Source: an uncultured Nitrososphaerota archaeon (GTDB lineage: Archaea > Korarchaeota > Korarchaeia > Korarchaeales > Korarchaeaceae). From it: a DNA stretch of 64,000 nucleotides. The stretch covers positions 82,205-146,204 of the forward strand of contig CAZQNA010000006.1 in NCBI GenBank assembly GCA_964594835.1, read 5' to 3'. The notes under the pieces were generated by a model. The model searched no databases. It was given only the letters and a program-made list of their open reading frames with translations, and was not told where the DNA came from. The position numbers and the translations under genes were made by a program. Positions 54,025 to 63,760 of this stretch are shown here, piece by piece (position 1 is the first letter of the stretch; each line of letters begins with the position of its first letter).

Positions 54025-54877
54025 GTGCCTCACCTGGGAGATCACCTGAGCCGACTCTACAGCATCTGGCCCTGGCCCGCCGATCCCTGGAGCGAGGAGG
54101 GGAGGGCGAGGTACGAGGAGGCCATCAAGAAGTTCCGGTCCCTGCTGGAGCACGAGTGGCTCTCGCGCCTGGTCGGCGACAGGAGGACCGTGAGGGTGCT
54201 GGACGTCTGCGGGGGAACCGGGATAGGAGGGGTGGCTCTGGGCAAGGCCCTCTCGTCCAGGGGGCTCGGAGTGGAGCTCACGGTCGTGGACCTCCGGAGA
54301 GAGGCCCTGGAGGTGGCGGAGAGATTCGGGACCGAGGAGCTTGGCTCAGTGAGGGTCGAGATCGCCGACGCGACCAGGCTCTGGGAGCTCGGGTTGAAGG
54401 CGGACCTGGCCCTGATATACGGGTTCTCCACGCCGCACTTCAATCCCTGGGACATGGTGAGGCTCCTGAGCTCCGTCGCCGACTCCCTCTCCGACGACGG
54501 GGGTTCTGATCGTCGAGGAGGCGGACAGGACCTACACGATCTTCTACCTGAGGGGCTACAAGGAGTGGCTGGCCGAGGGCGTCGGCGAGGACAGGCTCTT
54601 CGTCACGGTCCACGCCGGCTACGACTTCAGGAAGGGGGTCTTCAAGCGGGCGGCGGTCGACCTCCTGAAGGGCGTGGGGCCCATACCCCACGAGGTGAGG
54701 CTCTGGGACCTCGCCGGCGTGATGGCCCTCGCCTGGACCCTCTTCGAGGACGTGGACTTCGTGCCCGGGGAGAGGCCCTGGAGCGGGTTCATCCTCGCCA
54801 GGGCGCCGAGGAGGAAGCTGAGTGCCGCCGACTTCGTCCGAGCGCCAAAGGTCCTGTCGGGGGAGAAGGAGGGCTAG
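54025..54877 (+). pseudogene. Class I SAM-dependent methyltransferase with a +1 frameshift in a G5 tract
   Basis: VLDVCGGTGIG. Removing one G at 54499-54503 gives DDGVLIVEEADR... continuing to TAG at 54877. Confidence 0.8.
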
Positions 54878-54880
54878 GCG

Positions 54881-55531
54881 TTGGAAGAGGATTCCCTTAG
54901 CGGGTACGGAGCGCTGGTGGGCAGGATCTGCTGCGGGCCGCTCAGGAGCCTGTGCTATCTGATCGTCGACCTCCGGGAGGGGGAGGCTGCCCTCGTCGAC
55001 GCCGGCTGTCCGGCCGAGGAGGTGCTCGGAGCCCTGGACGAGCTGGGAGCCGAGCTGAGGCTCATACTCCTGACCCACACCCATTTCGACCACGTGGCGG
55101 GTGTCGAGGAGATACGCGGGCCGACCGGGGCCAGAGCCGTCGCCCACAGGGCGGATGTGGAGATGCTCCCGAGGTACTGGGGGTGGGGCGGCGTGGGCGA
55201 CCCTCCCGAGGTGGAGCCGGCCGTCGAGGACGGATCCGAGTTCGCCGTGGGGAGGCTGATGGTCAGGTCCCTGCACACCCCTGGCCACACCCCGGGCAGC
55301 GTCTGCTACCTCCTGGAGGCCGAGGGGTCGAGGCTCCTGTTCACGGGCGACACGGTCTTCGCCGGGGCCGTGGGGAGGACGGACTTCGCGGAAGGGGACG
55401 AGCGAGCAATGAGAGAGAGCCTACGGAGACTGCTGAGACTCCCCGACTGCACAGTGGTCCTGCCGGGGCACGGGTCAGAGACTACGCTGGGGGCTGAGCG
55501 CCCCTTCTTGGAGTCACTAACGCGGCGGTGA
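54881..55531 (+). CDS. MBL-fold metallo-hydrolase (glyoxalase II-like)
   Basis: THTHFDH, TPGHTPG, FTGD, PGHG. Confidence 0.93.
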   Translation: MEEDSLSGYGALVGRICCGPLRSLCYLIVDLREGEAALVDAGCPAEEVLGALDELGAELRLILLTHTHFDHVAGVEEIRGPTGARAVAHRADVEMLPRYWGWGGVGDPPEVEPAVEDGSEFAVGRLMVRSLHTPGHTPGSVCYLLEAEGSRLLFTGDTVFAGAVGRTDFAEGDERAMRESLRRLLRLPDCTVVLPGHGSETTLGAERPFLESLTRR

Positions 55532-55581
55532 GCGCCCGATTTTTATGAGCCGCGGGCAGTCCACCGATCGGTCGGGTCGCC

Positions 55582-56769
55582 GTGCTCGAGGGCGTCAGGG
55601 ACGCGATAGGTGGAAACGTCAGGGTGATGCTGCTGGTCGCCGTGCTCTCTGGGGCGTACGGGGCGATGGTCGAGGTCGTGACGCAGCCGCTGATGCTCGA
55701 CCTGGGGGCCTCGATGGCATTAATAGGCCTCCTCATGGGACTGGGCGGATTTGACGGCATAATACCCACTCTAGTTCAGCCGATCGCCGGAGCGCTCTCG
55801 GACTTAAAGGGGAGGAAGCCCTTCCTCCTTCTGTCTCGGCTCATGATGCTCTGTTCCCTATCCTCCTACCTGGCCGCCAGCGCTCTCAGAGCACAGCTGC
55901 TCCTGCTCCCAGCAGTAATCTTCTGGGGGGCCGCGACCATCGGCTGGCCAGTCTGGGATGCCGCGGTGGCCGATGCGACGGACGAGAGGTTGAGGGGAAT
56001 GGCCTACAGCATTCTGATGGCGTCGGCAATCGTGCCAGGCCTTCTAACCAGGCCGCTGGGAGGGCTGATGGCTGACAGGCTCGGATATGCCGCCGTGTTC
56101 GTTGCGGCCTCCGTCATGGAGGTGACTTGCTTGGTGGTGCTGTGGTCAGGATTCAGGGAGGGCTGGAATGCGGTCGCAGATGAGGTGTCGCTCAGGGAGA
56201 CGTTAGTGAGATCCGTGAAGCCCTCTGAGGGTACACGGGCCTTCTACATTCTGAACGGCCTGGATGCCCTTGTCTGGGGGACCAGCCTCGGGATACTCTC
56301 CGGGATCATGGTCGACCACTTCGGCCTGACGAAGTTCGAGCTGGGACTGCTATCTGCGACCTTCAGCGCCTCCCTGGCGGCCGCACAGCTTCCCACAGGG
56401 AGTCTCATCGACAGATTGGGGGCCAAGCCCCTGATGGTGATATCCGAACTCTTCGGAGCGCCCATCATCCTGACCATAATCTTGGCCTCAAGCTTCTGGC
56501 ACCTGCTGGCGGCCGAGATCCTGATGGGCCTGTCCGCTGGGGCATGGGATCCGGCGATCAGGACGTACCTCTCCAAGGTCGCCCGCGTGGATGACATCGG
56601 AGGCTCCATGGGCAGGCTGAGCGCCTTCCGCGGCATAGTGGGCTTCGCGGCCCCGGCAGCGGGTGGAGTGCTCTACGACCACCTGGGGCTGATAGGCCCC
56701 CTCCTGCCGACTATGATAGGCTCCCTGGGCATCGCGCTGGGCATGGCAGTCCTGCTCAAGGAGGCGTGA
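55582..56769 (+). CDS. MFS transporter
   Basis: GALSDLKGRKP and GSLIDRLGAKP motif A copies; about 12 TM. Confidence 0.92.
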   Translation: MLEGVRDAIGGNVRVMLLVAVLSGAYGAMVEVVTQPLMLDLGASMALIGLLMGLGGFDGIIPTLVQPIAGALSDLKGRKPFLLLSRLMMLCSLSSYLAASALRAQLLLLPAVIFWGAATIGWPVWDAAVADATDERLRGMAYSILMASAIVPGLLTRPLGGLMADRLGYAAVFVAASVMEVTCLVVLWSGFREGWNAVADEVSLRETLVRSVKPSEGTRAFYILNGLDALVWGTSLGILSGIMVDHFGLTKFELGLLSATFSASLAAAQLPTGSLIDRLGAKPLMVISELFGAPIILTIILASSFWHLLAAEILMGLSAGAWDPAIRTYLSKVARVDDIGGSMGRLSAFRGIVGFAAPAAGGVLYDHLGLIGPLLPTMIGSLGIALGMAVLLKEA

Positions 56770-56808
56770 CTCCTCTACCTGCTTTTTAACGCGGGTGGGT
56801 CTTCAGGC

Positions 56809-57285
56809 GTGGAGGAGATGAAGAGACCGAGGAACTTCTCTTGGGTGGACGAGCGCGTGGCAGGCTCGGCAATGCCCGCAAGCCGGGGGGAGGTAGAGTA
56901 CCTGGCGAAGGCGGGCGTGAGGGCCATAGTGTCCCTGGACCCCGACCTGCCCAGGGAGGTGATCCAGGCCTTCAGGGAGTTCGGCATAGAGCACTACCTG
57001 GAGGAGGTTGAGGACCTGAGGGCTCCGACCCTGGAGCAGATGGAGAGGATCGTCAGGATAATCGAGGAACACGCTTCGAGGGGAGAGAAGGTCGTCGTCC
57101 ACTGCTACGCGGGCTGCGGGCGGACCGGGACGATCCTGGCGGCCTACCTGGTGTACAGGGGCGCCGACCCGCGGGAGGCCATCGACCACGTGAGATCGCT
57201 GAGGCCGTGTTCGATAGAGACCTACCCGCAGGAACTCGCGGTTGAGTACTTCGCCAGGTACTTGGAGTCGAGGCGAGAGTCCTAG
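56809..57285 (+). CDS. Dual-specificity/protein-tyrosine phosphatase
   Basis: VHCYAGCGRTG (CX5R). Confidence 0.93.
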   Translation: MEEMKRPRNFSWVDERVAGSAMPASRGEVEYLAKAGVRAIVSLDPDLPREVIQAFREFGIEHYLEEVEDLRAPTLEQMERIVRIIEEHASRGEKVVVHCYAGCGRTGTILAAYLVYRGADPREAIDHVRSLRPCSIETYPQELAVEYFARYLESRRES

Positions 57286-57369
57286 GGTGGTTCGACCGAC
57301 GTCGACTCGGGGAAATATGCCGAACCCCCCCTCCTTGAGGGAGGGACCGCGAGGCGGTCCCCGAATACT

Positions 57370-57747
57370 ATGGGACCGGCGTCGGACTCTCCCACCCGGG
57401 ATCTTCCCCTCAGGGTTTACGGGAGGAGGGGCATCCTCCTCGTGTCTTCGTGCCCCAGGTGCGGCGGAGACCTGAGGATCGACTGGAGGGCCGGGCGGGT
57501 ATCCTGCGGGCTGTGCGGCTGGTCTGCCGACGTGGCTGAGTCCCACCTGCTGAGCAGGGCAGCCGAGCTGACCGAGAGGGCGGCGGAGTTAATCTCTGAG
57601 GCGTCTATCCTCGTCCTGTGGGGCTTTCCCGCGACGTACGGCAGGCTCTCGGCTGCCCGCGCCCTCGCCGAACTCCTGGCCGGGGACCTGCGTGACCTCT
57701 CCAGGCTCAGGGAGGAGGCCGAGTTGGAGGCCGCGGGGGACCGGTGA
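57370..57747 (+). CDS. Hypothetical zinc-ribbon protein
   Basis: CPRC...CGLC followed by a helical tail. Confidence 0.6.
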   Translation: MGPASDSPTRDLPLRVYGRRGILLVSSCPRCGGDLRIDWRAGRVSCGLCGWSADVAESHLLSRAAELTERAAELISEASILVLWGFPATYGRLSAARALAELLAGDLRDLSRLREEAELEAAGDR

Positions 57748-57749
57748 GC

Positions 57750-58592
57750 TCACCGAGGGAGATTCTCGAGGAACTCCTCTATCGCCGAGTTGATGAGGTC
57801 GGGCCTCTCGTAGAGGACCAGGTGCCCCGCCCCGTCGACTATCAGGAGCCTCGACCCCGGTATCCTCCTGGCAATGACCTCGCTCTGCCCCACCGGGGTG
57901 ACCCTGTCGTCTCTCCCCACGATCACGAGCGTCGGGCACCTCACCTCCGGGAGCCACGGCTCTGCGTCATAGTCACTCAGGGCCGCGGAGTACCTGTGGA
58001 CGTGGGCCGGCAGGCCAGATATGTAGTCGGCGTTGTCCTCCATGAACTCCCTGAACGCCTCCGGCGGGCCCTCGGGGCTGAAGAATAGCTTCCTGTAGAA
58101 CCCTATCGTGAACCTGTTTGGCCTGAAGAGCAGGGGTCGCCACAGGAAGGCCGGGAGGTGCTGGACGATCCACTCCACCGCATCGCTCGAGTGCCTTACC
58201 ACGCTCCCTATCAGGACCAGGCCCCTTAGCTCCCTCCCCCGCGCGAACGCCTGGGCCACCATGCCCCCGAAGCTGTGGCCGACCAGGACCGCATCTCTCT
58301 CCCGGATCCCCAGCAGGCGCATGACCTCCTCCAGGTCCATCAGGTAGTCCTCGAACGTCACCCTCCTGGGCTTGTCCGACTCGCCGTACCCCCTCATGTC
58401 GTACGCGACCACCCTCCAGCGCCTCTCCAGCCTTTCGATCTGGTACCTCCAGTTGGTGAGCTGACCCGGCATGCCGTGGAGGAGGATCAGGGTGGTGGGG
58501 TCCTCGTAGGGGCGCCTCTCGGCCGAGTCGTAGACCCTGAGCCTGACCCCCCGGACGCTCAGGAACCTCTCGTGAGGCGGTCTCCAGGGCAC
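57750..58592 (-). CDS. Alpha/beta hydrolase
   Basis: LLHG, DMRGYGES, GHSFG, GRDD, AGH. Likely GTG start at 58592. Confidence 0.92.
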   Translation of the reverse strand: MPWRPPHERFLSVRGVRLRVYDSAERRPYEDPTTLILLHGMPGQLTNWRYQIERLERRWRVVAYDMRGYGESDKPRRVTFEDYLMDLEEVMRLLGIRERDAVLVGHSFGGMVAQAFARGRELRGLVLIGSVVRHSSDAVEWIVQHLPAFLWRPLLFRPNRFTIGFYRKLFFSPEGPPEAFREFMEDNADYISGLPAHVHRYSAALSDYDAEPWLPEVRCPTLVIVGRDDRVTPVGQSEVIARRIPGSRLLIVDGAGHLVLYERPDLINSAIEEFLENLPR

Positions 58593-58680
58593 GCGTCGGC
58601 CGGCGCGCGCTACGTGATAAGCGTGAGAGCCGTCCGACTCACTTTTTAAGGCGGGCCGGGACTGAGCGGCCGGTCGGGGG

Positions 58681-59247
58681 ATGTACTCCATAGCGGTCAA
58701 CCTCCGCTCCCCCAGGGAGTGGAGGAGAAAGGTTCAGGAATTCACATCGAGGCTCGAGGCGGCCCTCGGCGACAGGCTGGTCATGGTGGTGGCCCTACCC
58801 TCACCCTCCGACTCCCTGTACGACTCCAACGTCCTCGTCGTCCTGGACCGGATCGGGCCCGGCGACCTGGAGGCCGTCGCCTCGATCTCCCCGGAGGGGG
58901 TCAGCCCTCTGGTCGTCCCCGAGGGGGACAGGCAGGCGGTCGAGGCCTTCACCTCATACGAGCCTCCGTCTGACGAGTGGGGGGACAAGTTGACGTCCTT
59001 CCTGTCGGACCTTGCCGAAAAGTTCGGCGACAGGCTGGTCATGGTGGTGGCCCTACCCTCACCCTCCGACTCCCTGTACGACTCCAACGTCCTCGTCGTC
59101 CTGGACCGGATCGGGCCCGGCGACCTGGAGGCCGTCGCCTCGATCTCCCCGGAGGGGGTCAGCCCTCTGGTCGTCCCCGAGGGGGACAGGCAGGCGGTCG
59201 AGGCCTTCACCCTGGCGGGAGGCCGCGAGGTCGGGGGCCGGGGTTGA
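58681..59247 (+). CDS. Tandem-duplicated, degenerate minimal nucleotidyltransferase (MNT)-like antitoxin
   Basis: Two copies of GDRLVMVVALPSPSDSLYDSNVLVVLD; lies upstream of a HEPN gene. Confidence 0.7.
   Translation: MYSIAVNLRSPREWRRKVQEFTSRLEAALGDRLVMVVALPSPSDSLYDSNVLVVLDRIGPGDLEAVASISPEGVSPLVVPEGDRQAVEAFTSYEPPSDEWGDKLTSFLSDLAEKFGDRLVMVVALPSPSDSLYDSNVLVVLDRIGPGDLEAVASISPEGVSPLVVPEGDRQAVEAFTLAGGREVGGRG
58766..59211 (+). repeat. Exact 188-bp direct repeat (258-bp period) inside the MNT gene
   Basis: 58766-58953 is identical to 59024-59211. Confidence 0.95.
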
Positions 59248-59288
59248 CCGAGAGACCCCGACGCCTACTGGTCCGAGGGTGATCCCTG

Positions 59289-59645
59289 ATGCCCGGGGAC
59301 CTCGAGCGGAAGTCCAGGAGACTCGAGGAGGAGGCCCTCGAGGACCTGAGGGTGGGGTGCTTCAACAAGGCCGTGAGCGCGGCCTACTTTGCCGTCAGGC
59401 TCGCCGCGGAGTCTAGACTTAGGGGGCTCAGGACCAGGCGTGATGACAAGATAGCAAACGCCCTTGCCAGGCTGCTCGTTAGGACCCTGGGCGAGGAGGG
59501 GGCGGAGCGCGTAAGGAAGGAGTACCTGGCCCTGTTTGAGGCCAGGAAACTCGCGGACCACAGGCCATACCAATTCTCCAGGGAGGAGGCCGAACTCTTG
59601 ATCTCAAAGGCCAGGGAGCTCCTGAGGATAATATGGGGGCTCTAG
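59289..59645 (+). CDS. HEPN-domain protein (putative toxin)
   Basis: AVSAAYFAV helix; RKLADH is an R-X4-H motif; SREEA tail. Confidence 0.85.
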   Translation: MPGDLERKSRRLEEEALEDLRVGCFNKAVSAAYFAVRLAAESRLRGLRTRRDDKIANALARLLVRTLGEEGAERVRKEYLALFEARKLADHRPYQFSREEAELLISKARELLRIIWGL

Positions 59646-59648
59646 GCT

Positions 59649-62072
59649 CTATCCAGGCCCACCCGACGCCCAGGCTTCCGCCATGCTGGCCAGGTCCAGC
59701 AGGTGGGCCCTGAACTCCTCGATCTGCTGAGGCGTTATAGCGCCGCCGGCGTCAGGTTCTCCCAGCACTGCGGCAAGCCACCCGGCCCCGTTCGCCACCT
59801 CCAGGACCCCCTCCGCATCCTCGACCCCCAGGTCCCTGAGGGCGAGGTACGCGGACGTCAACAGGAGTCTCAGCCTTCCCAGCTCGTCGGCGGCCGCTGT
59901 GAGGTTCCGGCCAAGGAGGTCGGAGGCCCGCTGGGCGGACTCCGATATCCGCATGAGGAGGTCAGTCACGTTGACGCCGCCGGGCTCTCCCGGTAGGAGC
60001 TCGATGATTGCGTCGTCACCGACCCAGGCGACTATCCTCAGGTTTCCGAGGTCCGTCCAGGCCCCCCGAGGCAGCCTGGTGACCATGAACCTCACGTTCT
60101 CCCCAATCTCGGCCCCCGTGTCGGGGGGCGAGACCTCGCCCCACATCCCCCCGTCTATCCTTATAGGGGCGAAGACGGCCACTGCACACCCCCTCTCCCC
60201 GCTGTCGAAGTGGACGACCTCCCCCTCCCTCACGCCCGCCTCCACGAGCGCTGATGCCACCTCGCGAGCGTCGCCCCACGTGAATCCGCTCCCCATCACG
60301 TCTCCGGGCCTCACGTTCGCCAGGGCGCCGAGCAGTAGGGCCGAGGGCTCGGCCGGGAAGATCAGGTAGAACAGGATCAGGGCGACGGTCAGCCTCCTCC
60401 TCCACCTCGGAGGCGTCCTCTTTAGGATCCCGACGAACACCGTCACGCCCACCAAGGCGAAGGCTATCCCGCCCTGGATGAGGGCCCGCCCCTCGTAGGT
60501 GGCGAAGACGGGGGCGAGGGAGGCCAGGTAACCCAGCTGGACCGCCCTCTCCCTCGCCCTCCTCAGGGACGCGATGGTCCCGATGGCCGCGGGGACGAGT
60601 ATGGCGGGCTCCGGCCTGACTTGGATGTCCCTCTCCGGGAACCTGAACCAGCCCGCGAAGGCCACGAGCCTCACGAGCCAGGGGAGGTAGAGCAGGGCGG
60701 CGGCGAGCGTCACCTTCAGCGCGTCCCTCAGCCTGCCCGAGAGGGCGCCCGTGATCAGCAGGGCCACCGGGACTATGACGATCCCCGAGGTGTGGGAGTA
60801 CATGGCGGCAGAGGAGGCCAGGAGGGCCGGGATCAGGCGGCCCTCCGTCAGCCAGAGGGAGGCCAGGGGGGCGAGGATGAAGACGAGGGTCGAGGGAAGG
60901 CCTATGGCCATCGACAGGGCGGGGAAGAGCGTTCCCGCGACCATTACAAAGGCAAGAAGTCCTCCGAGGTCTCCGTAGAGCTTTCTGCCCACGTACCAGG
61001 TCACGTAGAGTCCGGAGGCGAATACTCCCGCTGACGCGAGGTCGTTGGCCAGGACGAAGCCCCAGGGGCCGAGGCCCAGCGCCCTCCCGAGGGAGGCGAT
61101 CATGATGTGAAAGAGGGGAGGGTAGAGGTGCGGCCTCCCCGCCGGCGCGAACTGGACGTCGTCCCAGAGGAAGAACCCCCTCTCGGCGATCATCTTGGCT
61201 ATCAGCACGTGGTAGGCGTTGTCGGGGTTCACGATCGAGTCCGTCCTCAGGAGCCACCCGGCGACGAGGAGGGCCTGCAGGATCATGACCGCCCAGGCCA
61301 CCCTGGCGGCGGGGATGGGCCTCACGGGTACCTCCTCGGGGGGCGCCGGAGGCGCCCCGACCTCCACCACCGGCGGCGGGAGCGCGACCCTCCTCCTGAG
61401 GGACGAGATAAGGGCGGCCGGGGTCAGAGAGATGATTCCCAGGAGCCAGCCGACCCTGATCAGCCACAGCAGCCCCCAGGGTAGGCCGATCAGCATGAGG
61501 CCGCCCAGGATGGCGGAGCGTACCCTGGACCTCCTGGCCGGCCGCGACAGGGCGTAGGCGGCCGCGGGCCCCACCACCCCGAGGGAGAGGCCCAGCACGA
61601 GCGCGGAGGCGGGGGGATCGACAAGGGCCTCCGCGGCCCTGTAGGAGAGGGAGTAGACTCTCGCGAGGGCCCTGGCGGGGCGGGGCCACCCGCGGGAGGC
61701 GACCTCGATTCCCTGCGACGTCCTAGAACGCAAGCCGGCCCTCCTGCCCCTGATTGCGGAGGAGTAGGCCGCCGACGCGGGGAGGACCACCAGGACCAGC
61801 GCCCACCCAACCTTCACCAGCCACACAGCGCCCAATGCGAGCCCTGAGACGAGCAGGGCTGCCCAGGCTATTCTCCTGGCTCCTCTGGAGCGGGAGAGCC
61901 TGACGTAGGCGTACCACGGGGCGGGGGTCAGCGCGGCCCAGGCGACGGCCCTGCGGGCCCGCGGCTCCAGAATCAGCAGGGCCCTCCTGAGGCCGGACCT
62001 GAGCTCCACGATCCGAAGGGCCAACGCGGTCCCATATAATGCTGACACGCCTCCTGAGACTCGGCCTCGCAC
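59649..62072 (-). CDS. Large multi-pass membrane protein, GT-C (STT3/ArnT-like) glycosyltransferase-like
   Basis: NPDNAYH...APAGRPHLYPPLFH, YSHTSG, many TM helices, extra N-terminal TM region. Confidence 0.7.
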   Translation of the reverse strand: MRGRVSGGVSALYGTALALRIVELRSGLRRALLILEPRARRAVAWAALTPAPWYAYVRLSRSRGARRIAWAALLVSGLALGAVWLVKVGWALVLVVLPASAAYSSAIRGRRAGLRSRTSQGIEVASRGWPRPARALARVYSLSYRAAEALVDPPASALVLGLSLGVVGPAAAYALSRPARRSRVRSAILGGLMLIGLPWGLLWLIRVGWLLGIISLTPAALISSLRRRVALPPPVVEVGAPPAPPEEVPVRPIPAARVAWAVMILQALLVAGWLLRTDSIVNPDNAYHVLIAKMIAERGFFLWDDVQFAPAGRPHLYPPLFHIMIASLGRALGLGPWGFVLANDLASAGVFASGLYVTWYVGRKLYGDLGGLLAFVMVAGTLFPALSMAIGLPSTLVFILAPLASLWLTEGRLIPALLASSAAMYSHTSGIVIVPVALLITGALSGRLRDALKVTLAAALLYLPWLVRLVAFAGWFRFPERDIQVRPEPAILVPAAIGTIASLRRARERAVQLGYLASLAPVFATYEGRALIQGGIAFALVGVTVFVGILKRTPPRWRRRLTVALILFYLIFPAEPSALLLGALANVRPGDVMGSGFTWGDAREVASALVEAGVREGEVVHFDSGERGCAVAVFAPIRIDGGMWGEVSPPDTGAEIGENVRFMVTRLPRGAWTDLGNLRIVAWVGDDAIIELLPGEPGGVNVTDLLMRISESAQRASDLLGRNLTAAADELGRLRLLLTSAYLALRDLGVEDAEGVLEVANGAGWLAAVLGEPDAGGAITPQQIEEFRAHLLDLASMAEAWASGGPG

Positions 62073-62210
62073 CTGCTCACTCCTGGATGCGATCCGCGCT
62101 GCCGATGTGGGCCTGTTCTCAAGTATACATCCTCCGGGGACCGGGCGGACTTGGACACCTCAGTGGGTCCTGTGGGGGAGCTGAGGGGGTGGAGAGGGGG
62201 GAGCGGCAGT

Positions 62211-63731
62211 TCACTGCAGGTCATGCCACGCCCCGCGGCGGAGGGACTCGACCCGGAAGATGCCCTGAGGAAGATCGAGGATAGGACCGGACCGCTCGGT
62301 GAGCCCGATCAGCTGAGAGGGCTGAAGAAGTTCCAGGAGGCCCTCAGATTCATTGAGACGTGATCCCTGGCCATTGGCCCATCCCTCGAGTTCCAGCGTG
62401 ATGACTTCCGGGCCAGCCTTCGTCGAGCTGAGGCGGGAGGAGATGTACCTGAGCCTCTCCGCCTCCCACCTTAGGTAGAGCTGGGCGACTTCGTCGAAGG
62501 TCATCCAGACCACCCTCCCCTGCCTGACCAGCGGATCGACGACCTCGGTCAGCCAGCGGTCGTAGGCCTGGAGAACCCTCTCGACCTCCTCCTCGCTCTC
62601 GCCAGTCTGGTAGAGGTGGGAGCTAACCCACCAGACGTTCACGAACCTCTCGTCGACGGACTCGAGCGCCGCCGCGAGGGACTCGGTCGCCGCCTCGAAG
62701 CAGCCTCCTCCGGACCTGCAGTCGACCTCGAAGTCTCCCGAGTTCCAGAACCAGCCCGGGATGTAGACCAGCCCGCCGGAGTCGTCGTGGGCGAGCCACC
62801 TGGGGTCGGAGAGGTCGATCATCTGAGTCGGGGGCAGGATCCACGGGTGGAGCCACGCTGGCGACCTCCCGGTCTGCCGGTGGTAAGGCTTCTCCACGGC
62901 AGTCATCGACGTGAACCAGAGCCCGCCCTTCACCGCCCCCAGGAGGCAGACGTTGTCCATCTCGAACCCGCCGCCGAGGTTCGTCGGCTCCATGCCGAGG
63001 GCCTCGGCCACGGCCTCCTTGACCTCCCGAGTGTAGGCGAGCTTCTGGGCGTCGGTCATCAGCCCCAGCTCCCTCACGTGGTGTCCCATGTGGCTCTGCA
63101 CCCCCACTCCGTGACCCCTGGCCACAAGGTCCCTAAGGATGTGTCGGCCGAACTGCACGTCGGCCCGGGCGAAGTTCTTCTCGGTCTGGATGGAGAGCTT
63201 TGCCCCGTGCGCCTCGAAGGTCGAAGCGAGCCTGTCGAGCACCTCGGCGTACCACTCGAAGGTGGCCCTGTCCTGATCGTAGTAGGTCGCCCTCCCGGGG
63301 TTCTCTTCGATGTGAAGCTGGAAGGCCACTATCAGGACCGGCCTCGGGCAGTCGAACGGGCTGTTCTCCCAGGTCTCGCCGGGCCCGCAGACTCCGTCTC
63401 CTCCCTCTGATGGTATCTTCACCCCCAGGACGTTCACCAGAGTTTTCTTGAGTTCTGGTGGCGCGTCCGATGCGAAGAAGTCCTTCGCGTCGTCGAAGTA
63501 CTCCTCGAGGGGCATAGAGTGCCCCCTGTTGTGCCAGATGATCCTCCTCTCCGCCGCCAGTATGGCCGCGTTGTACGCCTTCGCGCAGGCCTCTGGTGTG
63601 AGGAGGCTGTCCTGGAGGCCGCAGTGGAAGTGCACCCTCCCTTCATAGTTCGGGAGGAGGTAGAGGGGAGACGTTGCTGCTGTGATCTTGGAGATCTTTC
63701 GGGGAAAGGCCCAATTCTCGGGCCAAATCAT
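62211..63731 (-). CDS. Composite ORF: C-terminal half of an alpha/beta hydrolase + Cys motif + NodB/polysaccharide-deacetylase-like domain
   Basis: GLQDSLL and GHSM without an upstream GxSxG; DGVCGPGETWENSPFDC; LHIEE, GHGVGVQSHMGH, SSH, WMTFDEV. Both ends are suspect. Confidence 0.55.
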   Translation of the reverse strand: MIWPENWAFPRKISKITAATSPLYLLPNYEGRVHFHCGLQDSLLTPEACAKAYNAAILAAERRIIWHNRGHSMPLEEYFDDAKDFFASDAPPELKKTLVNVLGVKIPSEGGDGVCGPGETWENSPFDCPRPVLIVAFQLHIEENPGRATYYDQDRATFEWYAEVLDRLASTFEAHGAKLSIQTEKNFARADVQFGRHILRDLVARGHGVGVQSHMGHHVRELGLMTDAQKLAYTREVKEAVAEALGMEPTNLGGGFEMDNVCLLGAVKGGLWFTSMTAVEKPYHRQTGRSPAWLHPWILPPTQMIDLSDPRWLAHDDSGGLVYIPGWFWNSGDFEVDCRSGGGCFEAATESLAAALESVDERFVNVWWVSSHLYQTGESEEEVERVLQAYDRWLTEVVDPLVRQGRVVWMTFDEVAQLYLRWEAERLRYISSRLSSTKAGPEVITLELEGWANGQGSRLNESEGLLELLQPSQLIGLTERSGPILDLPQGIFRVESLRRGAWHDLQ

Positions 63732-63760
63732 AAACTTCTCCTCCGTGTCCCCTGATCATT

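Noticed and set aside
57286-57369. GGTTCGA suggesting a tRNA T-loop
   Set aside because: No cloverleaf, acceptor stem or D-arm can be built around it.
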